From NCBI RefSeq assembly GCF_018350175.1, contig NC_058368.1:132248001-132312000 (forward strand): a stretch of 64,000 nt of DNA. Direction: 5' to 3'. Numbering within the stretch: the stretch's first letter is position 1; every line of letters starts with the position of its first letter. This DNA comes from Felis catus. Taxonomy: Eukaryota. Shown one piece after another: positions 26,428 through 39,748 of the stretch. The notes under the pieces are model-generated. The model worked only from the letters and a program-made list of their open reading frames with translations, was not told where the DNA came from and searched no databases. Position numbers and translations under genes: made by a program.

Positions 26428-26538
26428 TGTTCCTGGTTGGTTTCATGTGTTTAATAAAATATTTCAGATCACATAGAGGTAGGGATTCTCATTTGAGGAG
26501 TGTTTTATGAACAGAGATTGACAGAGGCAGACAGAGAA

Positions 26539-26600
<62 letters not shown>

Positions 26601-27050
26601 GGAGAGACAGTCTCCTTGGGCCTCTTCTGATTCCCCACATTTTACTGGGTATTCCAAGTCTGCAAGGCTTATGCTTTAACCAGAACATTTCACAGGATAA
26701 CTTTGACAAATGAGGTAACCCCCCACCCCTGGATAAAAAAACAGGTTAATTTACTACTTGCTATAAAAGTGGTTGATTCCCCAAGCTCAATTTTTTTTTT
26801 TCAGTTTTGATGCAAACCCACTGTGTATGAAGCATTCATCTAAGCCATATGTGTTGCCTCTGTGGGATGAGGGGCCAACAGAAATTAAATAAATACGCTG
26901 ATGCTTAATGCTATTTACTTTGCTGTAAGGAATAAAATCCTTTGTCTCTGATCCAGGAATTTCATGTCTTTTGTTAGCATCCATATGACAACTATAGGCT
27001 AACTTATAATTAATTATAAGTAGGGTAAAATTAAATCTCAAATCCAATGA
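26428..27050 (+). mobile_element. Old ERV(L)-type solo LTR with internal (GA)n
   Basis: TATA-like gctataaaag at about 26760, AATAAA at about 26931, and a U5-like tail cctttgtctctgatccagga...catccat...ggctaactt...gtagggtaaaa as in eutherian ERVL LTR families; exact family not assigned. Confidence 0.6.
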
Positions 27051-27360
27051 GAGAGTAGATTGTAGTTGATTGGGATAACATACTCAATTATGAAAAGCTA
27101 AGTAATTCTGAAAGCAAAATACTTCATATTAGTATTAATCTTTTAAAAAACTAAAGCCCAAATTCTCAATAATATCTATTAAAACAAAGTAGGCTTTTTG
27201 TTTTGTTTCCATCCTAGGAAATAAATTATATGTTGAAGATTTCCAACTGAATCTCCTAGTGGATACAAGAAAAACACCAGAAATTTCCTTTCTCATGTCT
27301 TATTGTTTCTGTTCCTATCTCAAAAGCTGAAAGGACACAGTTATTTCTATATTGTTAAGC

Positions 27361-27391
<31 letters not shown>

Positions 27392-27899
27392 CAACAAGAA
27401 AAATAAATAAAAATTTTGCATTTAATGAAATGTAAAAAACCTCTAAAACTATAAACCGTGTGTGTGAAAGGATGACTGAATTCAGAAAAAGCAAAGATGA
27501 ATGCAGCAAGACACAGAGAGAAGACAACAATAATTGAAGGCCTGAGTATAAACAAGCAAAGCATATTTCTCCAAAGTTATGTGCAACAATCTGGGCGGTA
27601 AAACCAAAAATACCTTCTTGAGAACAACTGAAGTAGGAGTGCAAACTGTTGGAATATACACCCTGCTCCAGTTGTCAGAAGAAGACCAAGCTGGGCCTAT
27701 TTACATGAGAGTCACACAAACCATATTTGTAGGAAGCAGTCTGTCGGTAAGGAAGGGTGAAAGAGAGATTCTAATAGTTTTATAAAGGAATACAGGGTTA
27801 AAGAACTTGAATCACATGCACTACTCTATATCATTAATAAATTCCTGATAAGAAAAGAGCTCTGGCCCTATTTGTAGTTTCTACAAATAGTTCTTCCAG

Positions 27900-28980
27900 A
27901 AAATCAAACTCATTCAAACACGTGATTCAAAAGGAACAAGAAGTGTACCTAGAAAATAAATAATTGGAACAGAAAAACACGAATAGGAGACTAAGGACAC
28001 TTAGCAAAACAAAAACACTGGTACCGAAAAGATAAAAACTGGACACATATAAATTCAAACCAACTTAATGAAGCCATCATTTTATAAAAACAAGAATTTA
28101 ATGCAGAAATACAAGCAATCAAAGGAGATATGGCAAGACAGGGGATGAAAACACGAACTATCAGAGGAAGTAAACGGGGGTGGGGTGCAAAATAAAAGTA
28201 TCACAGGAAAAAGGCCATGCTGAGGTAGCAAAAAATGAAATTAGGCAACTGCCAAAAAGATTTATCACAGGATTGGAAAAGCAAGAAAAATGAAAACTGA
28301 CAGTTTAAAAGATAAAGGAAAGAAATACAATATATATCACTGTTGTCTCCACTAAAAGGGCCAAAATAATAAAACAGAAAGTGATTATAAAAAATTCAAG
28401 AAAACTTTTGAGAAATAAAAATGGCTAAAATCTGGGCTGCCTGGGTGGCTCAGTCAGTTGAGCGTCCGACTTAGGCTCGGGTCATGATATCACTGTTCGT
28501 GAGTTCCAGCCCCGCATCAGGCTCTGTGCTGACAGCTCAGAGACTGGAGTCTGCTTCGGATTCTGTGTCTTCCTTTCTCTCTGCTCCTCCCCTGCTTGCA
28601 CTCTGTCTGTCTCTCTGTCTCTCAAAAATAAATAAACATTAAAAAATTTTTTTTAAACCAAAATGGCTAAAATCTGGTGTCCTAGGAAAAACTGACACAG
28701 AATGACTTCACACACAGCCAAACTCTAGTTAACTTAATGGACTACAAAATTAAGATATATTTTGGGCAACTGGGGCAAAAGAACAAATTACCTATAATGG
28801 TAAAACAATCAGATTATCCTCAGATTTCACCATGGTGACATTTAACACCAGCACACCACAGAGTAATGACTTGGACTCAGCCAAACTGAGTATCAAAATC
28901 ATTTTGAACAAAAACTCAAGGAATAGAGGTCTCATGAATCATTCTTACAAAAACTGCTACAAGATAAACCTCAGCTTGGT
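27900..28980 (+). mobile_element. Highly decayed L1 or HAL1-like ORF1 region
   Basis: A-rich; caaattacctataatggtaaaacaatcagattatcctcagatttc encodes QITYNGKTIRLSSDF, an ORF1 C-terminal motif. Confidence 0.6.
28434..28655 (+). mobile_element. Felid Can-SINE
   Basis: TSD aaaatggctaaaatctgg. Confidence 0.95.
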
Positions 28981-29741
28981 TTGAAATAAACATAAAAATT
29001 TAATGGCTTATTGACACTAGTTGAGTTTCACAGAAAGCAGAGCATCCAACACAAGTAAAATTCGTAACAAGTCTGATTAACTCCCTTGTCATACCTTCTA
29101 ATGATATTTTCTTATTTGTTGTTTTGTTTTGTGAGTTTAATTTTAGTCTCACATGCATATTATATGATATATGATATCATGCATACTTAAAAGATAATAA
29201 AATATTTACATTTTAAAGAATAATTATAAAGAAACATCCATGTAACCCCTACTAATACTAAATTTAAGAAACATACATTTTCAGAATAATAAAAGCTTGC
29301 CTCTTGTGTTCAACTTTATAATCATCTTCTTCTTCCTCCCTTAAGAAAGAACCATTACCCTGACTTTTGTGGTAAACATCCCCTATGGCATCTCTAAACA
29401 ATGTATGTTAATTTTACCTGGTTTTGAAGTCTGTAGAACTGAAATCACACTGTAGATATTCTTTTATAATTTGCTTCTTTCATTCAACAATTTTTTTTAG
29501 AGAATGTCATCTCTGCTGAGCTAACTACATCATTCATTTTCACTTACAGGTTTCCTTTGTAAATATACCATTTAATTATCCACTCTGTGACGATGAATTT
29601 GGGATGGTTCTTATTACGGGGCTACTATAGACAATGCCACTATGAGCATTCTTGAATACATTTGAACATATCCCCTGGTCATCTGTAAGAGTATCTTAAG
29701 AATGGTTTTTAAACTTTTGGTCTAAGGATCTTTTTATATTC

Positions 29742-29963
29742 TTTTTTTTTTTAATTTTTTTTTTAACGTTTATTTATTTTTGAGACAGAGACAGAGCATG
29801 AATGGGGGAGGGTCAGACAGAGAGGGAGACACAGAATCTGAAACAGGCTCCAGGCTCTGAGCTGTCAGCACAGAGCCCGACACGGGGCTCAAACTCACAG
29901 ACCGTGAGATCATGACCTGAGCTGAAGTCGGACGCTTAACCGACTGAGCCACCCAGGCACCCC
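29742..29963 (-). mobile_element. Felid Can-SINE
   Basis: TSD aggatct(t/c)ttta(t/c)attc. Confidence 0.96.
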
Positions 29964-29996
29964 AGGATCTCTTTACATTCTTAAAAATACTAGATA

Positions 29997-30166
29997 GGGT
30001 GCCTGGGTAGCTCAGTGGGTTGAGCGTCTGACTTCAGCTCAGGTCATGATCTTACAAGCCCCCCATCAGGCTTGCTGCTGTCAGCACAGAGCCCACTTTG
30101 GATCCTCTGTCCCCTTCTCTCTGCTCCTCCCCTACCTGCGCTCTTTCAAAAATAAACATTGAAAAA
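29997..30166 (+). mobile_element. Can-SINE (internally deleted)
   Basis: gggtgcctgggtagctcagtgggtt head. Confidence 0.9.
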
Positions 30167-30495
30167 TATTAGAGATCCAAAAGATCTTTTTTGTTTATGA
30201 GGTTTTATGTAGTGACATCATATTAAAAATTAAAGTGAGGACATAAGCATTTTATTTAAAAATATCTTACAAGACAAGAATTTCAGTGAAAAGAGTAGCA
30301 TTGTTTAATTATATTTTGCTAATCTCTTCAGAGTCTGGCCTACTACACAATAGCTGGGTTCTCTTATCTGCTTTTCATTCCGTCTGTTGTGGTATTTCGT
30401 TTTGGTTGAAGTGTATGATGAAAATTTGGCTTCACACTAATATGTGGTTGAAAAAGGGAAGAGTATTTTTACAGCCCTTTCAGATAACGGTAGGG

Positions 30496-30724
30496 TTTTT
30501 TTTTTTTATTAAATTTTTTTTTAATGTTTATTTATTTTTGAGACAGAGAGAGACAGAGCATGAACAGGGGAGGGGCAGAGAGAGAGGGAGACACAGAATC
30601 TGAAACAGGCTCCAGGCTCTGAGCAGTCAGCACAGAGCCCGACGCGGGGCTCGAACTCACGGATGTGAGATCATGACCTGAGCCGAAGTCAGATGCTTAA
30701 CCGACCGAGCCACCCAGGCGCCCC
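30496..30724 (-). mobile_element. Young felid Can-SINE
   Basis: Full-length antisense copy. Confidence 0.96.
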
Positions 30725-30775
30725 TGGGTTTTTTTTTTTTTTTTTTTGATACTATATTAAAATTTGACAAATAAT

Positions 30776-30987
30776 TTTTTTAAGTTTACTTATTTATTTT
30801 TTAGGGAGAGAGACACAGCGAGTGGAGGAGGGGAAGGGAGACAAAGAGGGAGAGAGAGAATCCCAAGCAAGCTCTGAGCTCTCGGCACAGAGCCCCACCC
30901 AGGGCTCCATCTCACAAATCATGAGATTATGACCTGAGCCGACTTCAAGAGTCAGACGGTTAACCGATTGAGCCACCCAGGCACCCC
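30776..30987 (-). mobile_element. Can-SINE
   Basis: TSD aaa(t/c)ttgacaaataa. Confidence 0.93.
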
Positions 30988-31715
30988 AAACTTGACAAAT
31001 AACTTTTAAAAGGTTAGTTGGAATATTTATTCTGAAACAATATCAATGATCTTTTTTAATTTGGTCTCATTAATAACATGAAACCTCATCAGAAAAGTCT
31101 TAGAAAAAAAAGAAAAAGAAAAAAGAAAAGCCTTTAAATATTAAGAAGCTGTCAAGTTCATAATGACAGATATAACTTTTTCCTAAGTTCTGATTTTTGC
31201 TTAAAGTTCAAATTTTATCATTGGTAATAAACAGTGTAAGTTGTTTTCCTTGAATAATAAGCTCATTTGTTTACTTTCAAAGTGAATTTCTGCCAACTAC
31301 CCATAGTTTCTCATTTGTTCTTTCAAATAAAAATTCTGTTCCAGGAAAAAAGCAGCTAGTTCATCTCAAACAATGGCACAAGTGCTTTTCCTGTGACAAC
31401 CATCAGACTAAGATATGGAGCAAAAAGTGTTTCATATACTTCCCATTTGGGGATACAGAATATTTTATAAAAGATATATATGTAAGGGTCATGCTTCAAT
31501 AAAAATAAAAATAAAAATTCTTCTGCTTTATCAAGAGCATTCTTAAGTAAAACTGACATGGTAGTAACAGATAAAATGACTATTAGTATGGTTGACTTGA
31601 CTTATGCTGGGGTACCAGCACTTATACCTACTGGTGATTTTACACAATCATTGTAAACAACAGTACAGTTTCAAGAAAAAAAGGGCACATTAGGTCTTAG
31701 TGTTATGAAAATAGT

Positions 31716-31923
31716 TTTTATTTTGTTTGTTTATTTATTTAGAGAGACAGAGAGAGAGCACAAGAGCAGAGGCAGACACAGGGAGAGAGAGGGAATCTTA
31801 AATAGGCTCCACACTGTCAGCACAGAGCCTGATGAGGGAACTCGAACTCACCAACTGTGAGATCATGACCTAAGCCAAGATCAAGCGTAGGAAGCTTAAG
31901 TGACTTAGCTACCCAGGTGCCCC
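31716..31923 (-). mobile_element. Can-SINE
   Basis: TSD atgaaaatag. Confidence 0.92.
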
Positions 31924-33457
31924 ATGAAAATAGGTTTGATCTGAAAGTGGTTCAGAAATCCCAGGGATTCATGGACCACAATTTGAGAATTACTGCTTTA
32001 GGATATATGTGGAATATAAATTGTTGGGTCATGATAACGCCAAACACCTTTTCAAAGTGGTTACACTAAATAACATTCTTGCCTGCAGTGCGTAAGAATC
32101 CTGGTTGCACCACATCTCCACCAACAGATGGTACTGTCAGACTTTTAAATTTGTGCTAATCATGGTGGACATAATTTGTATGTCCTTGATTATTGATTAG
32201 GTTGAACACCTTTTTATATGCATATTGACCATTTAGATTTCTTCTTTTGTGAAATGTTCAAGTACTGTGTATATTTAATTTGCATGAGTTGCTTATATCA
32301 GCTACATGTGTGCTGCAAACAACTTTTCCTAAACTGTGTCCTGTCTTTTCATTTTATGGTGTTTCTTAATCAGATTTTTAATTTTATTATAGTTAAATTG
32401 GCCAATCACATACTTTATGATTAGTGTTCCTTTGTCTTGTTTTTTTAAAAGTCCTTCTTTATCCTAAGCTCATGAGGATTTACTTTTATAATATGTTCTA
32501 AAGTCTGTAATAGTTTGATTTGCACATTTTTAGGTATTGGTGGATCCTTAGTAAGAGTACATTTACTTTTGTAAGAAACTGCCAAACTGTCTTCCAAAGT
32601 ATGACTTGACACCAGGATCCATTTTTACTAGTTACTTCAACAAGCAGAAAGAATTTTTTATATTTCATTTTATTCACAGTGCTTAGCATAAAATTAGACT
32701 TTAATAATTGTGATGAAGGCTTAGAGGCTTAGTGAAATGGATGAAAAATCTATCAGCAGAGATTCAATTTGGATAAACTGGGTAGATTCACAAGGTTAAA
32801 ACGCATATCTAATAAACATTTTCTTCTAAAACATGGGGTTCACAGAATCTTCCATATTCACTATAATGAACTTTGCCTTGTTCTGTCCCTCTTTCTTGCA
32901 ATTGCTTAACTGTCGTTATATAACTCACAGAAAGGCTCAATGAACTCTGTTCATGGGTTCTGGGACCAATTTTGTTCACTGTTACGGAGAATTTAAAGAG
33001 ATTGAAACCAAGAGCTCTGTGGAACAGTATTAAAATATAGCATATTGTTGGTCTGGTTCTCTGGTTTTGAAAGTAATTGAAATTGTTAGGCTCTGTTCCC
33101 TATTTCTTGCGAAGAAGACACTACCTTACACCCAAATCTTAGTAAATGAATCCATTGTTTATTTCACCTGCTCTCAAGACTCTGAGATCCTGACCAGTAT
33201 TCCACCTCTTTTTGAGCAGAGATTCCATTTGAATTTGGGATATTAAAGTCCTAGGTATGTAATCCTGGTTCCCTTACACTCCACACTCTGGGATACATAC
33301 AGCTATCCACAGACTTTCATGCTATTAACAATTTCCTTACTGATTTTCATCTAAGCACTATTACCAGACTAAACTACTGAAGTCCTCACAATATGAATTG
33401 GATATATAGGGTGCTAAATTAATTAGTTAAAATAATCTGCTTTAAATAGACCCAACT

Positions 33458-33575
33458 GGGGTGCCTGCCTGGCTTAATTGGTGGAGCATACAACTCTTGA
33501 TCTCCTGATTGTGAGTTCAAGACCCATGTTGAGTGGAAAGATGACTTAAAAATAAAAACTTAAAAAATAAAATAA
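33458..33575 (+). mobile_element. Short Can-SINE variant (tRNA head plus A tail)
   Basis: ggggtgcctgcctggcttaattggtggagcat...gtgagttcaagacccatgttg. Confidence 0.85.
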
Positions 33576-33589
33576 AATAAACCCAACTA

Positions 33590-33800
33590 GGGGCATCTAG
33601 GTGGCTCAGCTGGTTAAGCATCTGACTCTTGATTCCAGCTTAGGTCATGCTCTCACAGTTCACAAGATCAAGCCCCACATCGGGCTCTGTACTGACATTG
33701 TGGAACCTGCTTGAGATTCTCTCTCTCCCTCCCTCTCTGCTCCTCCCCCATTCATTCTTTCTCTCTCTCTCTCAAAATAAATAAATAAACTTTATTAAAA
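33590..33800 (+). mobile_element. Can-SINE
   Basis: ggggcatctaggtggctcagctggtt head. Confidence 0.93.
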
Positions 33801-35130
33801 AATTGACACAACTAACTCACTTAAGAAAAAAAAAAAGCTTATATGTCTTATAGCACAGGAATACATAGTTACATTATTCCAGTTACTTTATACTAGCATG
33901 TTATTTTATTCATGGTTTTGTGGGCTTTTATTAAGAATTTGATGCTTACACATTGTGCTCCAAGCAAATATACAAGGTTAAGGCCAAAGGGATGAAGAAC
34001 ACAGTGGCTGTGGAGTATGCCTTAAAAAGAAAAAGATGATGCTATTAAGCCTGGTTCTATCAGGTTGGACCAAAATCTTTAATAGTTTAATATTAGTTTA
34101 ATTAATCAGTTAGTTTAGTTTTATATAGTTTAATAGATTTTGGGTGTGGTGTATATTTGTGTGCATTTATATGAACATGTATAATCACCATGGCAAAAAT
34201 AGGGAAGGTAGCTGGAACAAGGAAACATTTGTCATTATAATCTTCCTTATACTATGGGCAAAAGGTAACTGAATTATTTTATGGCAGCTGAAATTCATAC
34301 TGGCAAATTACTATAATGGTGTCTGCCTACAGAAATCCATTTCTTTATTTTTCTAGAAAAAGGAAATTTTCAAATATTTGGAGATTAAAGAACACACTTA
34401 TAAATAACATATGTGTCAAGGAAGTCTTTCTTAAGAGAAATTCAAAAATGAAAACACAACTTATCAAAATTTGTGGGGTTCAGCAAAAGCAGAGCTTCAA
34501 GGGAAATTGATAGCACTGAATGCATATATTAGAAAAGAAGAAAGATCTAAAATTAATCATCTAAGCTTCCACCCTAGGAAAATAAAGAAAGAAGATAATT
34601 TAAGCCTAAAACATGTAGAAGAAAAGAAATAAAAATTAGATACAAAACTGAAAATACAAAAACCAAAGCTGATTCTCTGAAAAGATCATTAAAATGGATA
34701 TATCTCTAACCAAGCTAACCAACTAAAACAAGAAGACACAGAATACCAGTATCAGAAAGATGGTTCAGCATTACTGATCCTTTAGACACAAAAAAGCAAT
34801 AATAAAGGAATACCATGAACATCTCTACGTTGACAAATATAACTGAAATGCACCAATTCCCTGAAAGACACAAACTATAAAAACTCACACAACAAGAAAT
34901 TTGTAATCTGAATAAGCCTGTGTATAAACAAATTAAATCAATAATTAATAACCTTCAAAATTAGAAAACACTATGCCCAGATGATTTCACTGGTGAGTTC
35001 CAACATTTAAGGAAGAAATTATAGCAGTTTTACACAATATTTTTCAGAAAATAAAAGCAGAGGGAACATTCCTAACTTGTCCTGGGAGGCCAGCATTGCC
35101 CTAACACCACAATAAAATAAAGATATTATA

Positions 35131-35347
35131 GGGGTGCCTGGGTGGCTTAGTCGGTTGAGCGCCCGACTTCAGCCAGGTCACGATCTCGCGGTCCCTGAGT
35201 TCGAGCCCCGCGTCGGGCTCTGGGCTGATAGCTCAGAGCCTGGAGCCTGTTTCCGATTCTGTGTCTCCCTCTCTCTCTGCCCCTCCCCCGTTCATGCTCT
35301 GTCTCTCTCTGTCTCAAAAATAAATAAATGTTAAAAAAAAATTAAAA
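35131..35347 (+). mobile_element. Very young felid Can-SINE
   Basis: CpG-intact; TSD aaaataaagatattata. Confidence 0.96.
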
Positions 35348-35732
35348 AAAATAAAGATATTATAAGAAAGGAAAATAAAGACTAATATTTGTTAAGCAAC
35401 AATCATTTAAAAAAATATTATCTAATCAAATCCAACAATGTATAAAAAAAAAAAACTATCCACTACAACCAAATGGGATTTATTTCAGGTATTTAAAGCT
35501 GATTTAACATTCAAAAAGCAACCAGTGTGCTCCATCATATCCCCAGGCAGAAGACAAAAAATCATATAATCATATCAGTTGATGCAGAAAAACCATTTGA
35601 CAAACTTCAACTCCCATTCATGGTAAGCTCTCAACAAGCAAAAACTAATAGGTAACTTCCTCAACTTGATAGTATCTAAAAAATAACCCTCTAGTTACCA
35701 CACTTAATGATGAGAAACTGATGAGATACTTA

Positions 35733-35940
35733 GGGGTGGTGGCTCAGGTGGTTAAGCATCGGACTTCAGCTCATGATATCGCGGTTCGTGAGTTCGAGCC
35801 TGGCGTTGGGCTCTGTGTTGACAGGTCTGTGTTGACCCTGAAGCCTGCTTTGGTTTCTGTGTCTCCCTCTCCCTCTGCCCCTCCTCTGCTCGCACTCTGT
35901 TTCTCTCTCACACAAAAATAAATAAACATTAAAAAAGAGA
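35733..35940 (+). mobile_element. Felid Can-SINE
   Basis: Head, CT-rich segment and A tail present. Confidence 0.9.
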
Positions 35941-36015
35941 GAGAGAGAGAGAAACTGGACACTTTAACCCTAAGACTAAGAAATTTATTTTTTTTTCTTT
36001 TTTGAAATGAATCTC

Positions 36016-36222
36016 TTTTTTTTTAAGTTTATTTATTTATTTCGAGAGACAAAAAGTGTAAGTGGGGAGGGCAGAAAGAGGGGGAGAGAGAGAATCCAAG
36101 CAGGCTCTGTATCATCAGTGCAGAGCCCAACACAGGGCTCCACACAGGGCTCCAATGACAAACTGTGAGATCATGACCTGAGCTGAAGTCCAATGCTCAA
36201 GCACGAGCTACACAGGTGCCCT
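36016..36222 (-). mobile_element. Can-SINE
   Basis: Antisense copy; TSD agactaagaa. Confidence 0.9.
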
Positions 36223-36431
36223 TAGACTAAGAACTTTGAAGGAAACTTTGTCCTCCCACCATTCTTTTCAATATCATATTAGAAATCTTAGCCAGTATAG
36301 TAAGACAAAAGAGAATGAATGAATGAATGAACGAATTAATGAATGAAAAGATAAAGAGACTGGGAAGAAAGAAATAAAATTGTCTTTGTTCACAGATAAC
36401 AGGATTGTCTCTGTCCAAAATTCCAAAGAGA

Positions 36432-36465
<34 letters not shown>

Positions 36466-36847
36466 CTCCTGAAGTGAATCTACAAGTATAGCAGTCAGAG
36501 AATGTGAGGTTGATGTACAAAAGCCAATTGCTGTGCAATATACCAGCACAGAACAATTGTAATTGTAATTTTAAAATACAATATCATCTGCAATAATACC
36601 AAGAAAAATCTAGCTATGTATTTAACAAAATATGTACAGAATCTATAAACAGGAAACCACAAAATTCCATGAAAGAAAGCAAAGATCCAAATATATGGAG
36701 AGGTATTCTGTGTTCATGGAATGAAATACTCAGTATTGTTGATACTGAATATTGTTATTGAACATTGAAGATGTCAATTCTTCCCAGCTTAATTTCCAGA
36801 TTCAATGAAACCTCAGTCAAAATGCCAGCAAGCTGTTTTTCATATAT

Positions 36848-36900
36848 AGGCATACACCAGATATACTGAAGGTTCAGTTCCAAACCACAATAAAGATAAT
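36848..36900 (+). mobile_element. Tigger1-like terminal fragment
   Basis: aggcatacaccagatatactgaaggttcagttccaaaccacaataaag resembles the Tigger1 terminus. Confidence 0.55.
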
Positions 36901-37404
36901 GTGTATTATACTTAAAACTAAATATGTAAATATGTATTACATACTTGTAGAGTAATTACAAGAATTATTACATTATGTTTTAATGCATGACACAAATATC
37001 AAACAAAAATTGAAAAAATCTACTTGAATATTAGAAAGTGCTGAGTTAAAAAGTAATATTATAGAGTGTTTCCTCCATTTCAGACATTACATAACCTACC
37101 AGTCTACTCCACACATACCTCGGCATACACTCAAACATCGTGTTCAAAATTTGATTTTAAAATTAAATTAGGCACTTCTAAATCCATTAGACCTAACATT
37201 TAAATTACAGACATTTCCTCATTCTTGATGTAACATCAAAGGGAATATTGCTATAAAATTAAAGAATTCAATAATTATTTTATCAATTCTCCAAGTATTT
37301 AAAAATGATTATATATATTTTATTACAATGTAATATACATTTAAGATATTTTCTATATAAGTTCAAAATTCAACATTCACAGTAGCATCAAAAGTATGAT
37401 GTTA

Positions 37405-37678
37405 AATACAGAGAACAAACTGATGATTGCCAGAGTAGAGGGCGCTGGAGAGAGGGAGGACAAAATGAGTGAAAGGGAGAGGGAGATATAGGCTTCCTGT
37501 TATGGAATGAATAAATCATGAGGATAAAAGGTACAGAATTGGAAATATAATCAATGGTGTAGTGATAGACTTGTATGGTGCCAGAGGGTACTTGTGGTGA
37601 ACATACCATACTATGTTGTACACCTGAAACTAAACTAACAATGTATCACCAATATTTCAGTTAAAAAAAAAAAAAAAT
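37405..37678 (+). mobile_element. Carnivore L1 3'UTR fragment
   Basis: aaatacagagaacaaactgatg...tgttgtacacctgaaactaa plus poly(A); same family as 23218-23680. Confidence 0.88.
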
Positions 37679-37681
37679 ACG

Positions 37682-37835
37682 AGGAGACCCTAGGTGGCTC
37701 AGCTGGTTAAGGATTGGACTCTTTACTTCAGTTCAGGTCATGGATAGAGCCCTGTGTCAGGCTCTGTGCTGACAGCACGGAGCCTGCTTGGGATTCTTTG
37801 TTTCCTTCACTCTCTAAAACTAAACAAATAAATAT
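37682..37835 (+). mobile_element. Can-SINE (diverged)
   Basis: ggtggctcagctggttaagg...ctctgtgctgacagc. Confidence 0.85.
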
Positions 37836-38157
37836 TTTAACAAATACCAATAAAATACAAACACAATAAAATGTAAATACACAAAAAAGTTAAGTATGGT
37901 ATTAATTCAAAAGACTAAGTATACAGAGATCAACCGCGAGGTTTCTATTCCTTTTGGATTTAGTATTTAAAGAGCTGTTTTTCCACAGATACAGAGACTG
38001 AGTATCTGGTGTACACATTGGGGATGCAAAAATGAGTAAGTAATGGTCCTTATTCTCAAGGAGACAGATGTTAAAAGAGTAGAGGGTTCCTAACTGTCTT
38101 AAATATATTTACATTTTCTTGCTGAAATACTTCTTAATATAAAAATTTCATAAGTTT

Positions 38158-38369
38158 GGGGCGCTTGCGTGGCTCAGTCAGTTAAGTGTTTGACTTCGGC
38201 TCGGGTCATGATATCGTGGTTCATGAGTTTGAACTCCGTGTCGGGCTCTGTGATGAGAGCTCAGAGCCTGGAGCCTGCTTTGGATTCTGCATCTCCCTCT
38301 CTCTTTCTGCTCCTCCTCTGCTTGTGTACTCTCTCTCTCCGAAATAATAAATGAATAAACTTAAAAAAA
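38158..38369 (+). mobile_element. Felid Can-SINE
   Basis: TSD aatttcataagttt. Confidence 0.94.
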
Positions 38370-38679
38370 TAATTTCATAAGTTTAACTACTGTGAGAAAA
38401 GCTAAATATAATTTATTTGTCCTAAAATTCTATCTTTCAAGAATTAGAGTATGAAAGTTCAGGTATCATAACTAAATACACCTTGATTCAATTAGCTTTA
38501 TTATGTGCTCAATTCCTTAGTGACAGTTTTCATATGATAACAAACAGGTTATAAAAAACAGTACTTGGGACAGAAAGCAATTTAAATAGCACTACCAAAG
38601 CTTAAACTTTAAATGATTACTAGGTATTATTTATGCAATTCTGATTCTTCTGTTCTTTTCACTTTATGTTAGTTCTCTA

Positions 38680-39520
38680 AGACCTTACCTTTATAGATGA
38701 ATTCCAAATTTATATATTTAGACCACAACTATCTCATTAATTTTAGACTTGAACATCCAGGTGCCCTCTGTACATTTCCACCTGGATGTCCTACAGGCTC
38801 AATGAAATACAAAAACTGAAATCATAACTTCTTCAATTAAACTGGCTCCACTTTTATTTCAGTGGGAGGTACTAATGTATCTAACCCACTAAGGTTGAAA
38901 GATGAGAATAATCCTTAACTTTCCTGTTCTCAACACTCATATTCAATCACTCAGTCAAGCATCAAACCCTGCCAATTTTATCTCTTCAATATATTTTTAA
39001 TCCAACCAAATGCCACCATCCTATTTCCAGCCCTCATTATGTGTAAACTGTACAGCAGAAATGTTTAGAAGTCAACCTAGAGCCAGAGAGCTTGCCTTCA
39101 ACCTGAGCTTAACCATTTAAATTCTTTGTCTCATTTAATTCATCTGTATAACGGGGAAAATATTTATGGTTGTGTGTATTCACTGTGCTTAGCATACTTC
39201 TGGGACATGACAATGACCATCTAAAATAATATTAGTAGTATTAATTTACATAACTGCAACAGCATGTTTTCCCCTATCAAAATCATATCTCAAGCAGTGT
39301 CTAGAGTGACCTAATCTAAAATGAAATCTGCCATACTATCTCTGTTAAAAATTACTCAGTGAATTTCCACTGTCCTAAGAGATTATAGGCAAGATCTTTA
39401 TTATGAATACAGGGCCCTGTCCTTCTTATTTACCTCACCAGTTTCATCTCACAACTTCTTGTTTAGGTATTTCACCATCTGGCACCATTAAACTCCATGT
39501 AGTCATCATGCTGCATCATG
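38680..39520 (+). mobile_element. L2 fragment (MIR-like piece at about 39050-39240)
   Basis: ttccaaatttatatatttagacc...catttccacctggatgtcctacagg...aaaactgaaatc matches the L2 ORF2 3' consensus. Confidence 0.75.
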
Positions 39521-39529
39521 TTCCTTTAA

Positions 39530-39748
39530 AAAATTTGTTAATGTTTATTTATTTTTGAAAGAGAGAGAGTATGTGAGCAGGGGAGGGGTAGACAGAGAGA
39601 GGGAGCCACAGAATCTGAAGCAGTCTCCAGTCTCCAGGCTCCAAGCTGTCAGCACAGAGCCCAACGTGGGGCTTGAACCCATGAACCGCAAGATCATGAC
39701 CTGAGCCAAAGTCGGATGCTTAACCAACTGAGCCACCTAGGTGCCCCA
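39530..39748 (-). mobile_element. Felid Can-SINE
   Basis: Full-length antisense copy. Confidence 0.94.

Larger units (their letters stand above)
29701..31995. mobile_element. Charlie1-like hAT DNA transposon containing five SINEs
   Basis: Ends aatggtttttaaacttttggtctaaggatc and ggaccacaatttgagaattactg match Charlie1-type termini; decayed transposase-like text at 31356-31559 on the minus strand. Confidence 0.8.
29240..32480 (-). mobile_element. Ancient L1 (L1ME-like), split by the Charlie element
   Basis: Antisense L1 text at 29240-29700 resumes at about 31996 (ttaggatatatg..ggaat..gggtcat...ttttcaaagtggttacac). Confidence 0.7.
34360..36840 (+). mobile_element. Old L1 ORF2 fragment (reverse-transcriptase region) with three SINEs
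   Basis: ccagatgatttcactggtgagttc, gatgcagaaaaaccatttgacaaa and tctttgttcacagataacaggattgtc are decayed RT motifs (PDGFTGEF, DAEKAFDK, SLFADDMIV). Confidence 0.9.

Noticed and set aside
32800..33400. Unique-looking stretch with a possible decayed LINE endonuclease motif (DFN-like) on the minus strand
   Set aside because: Too diverged to assign by eye; no open frame.
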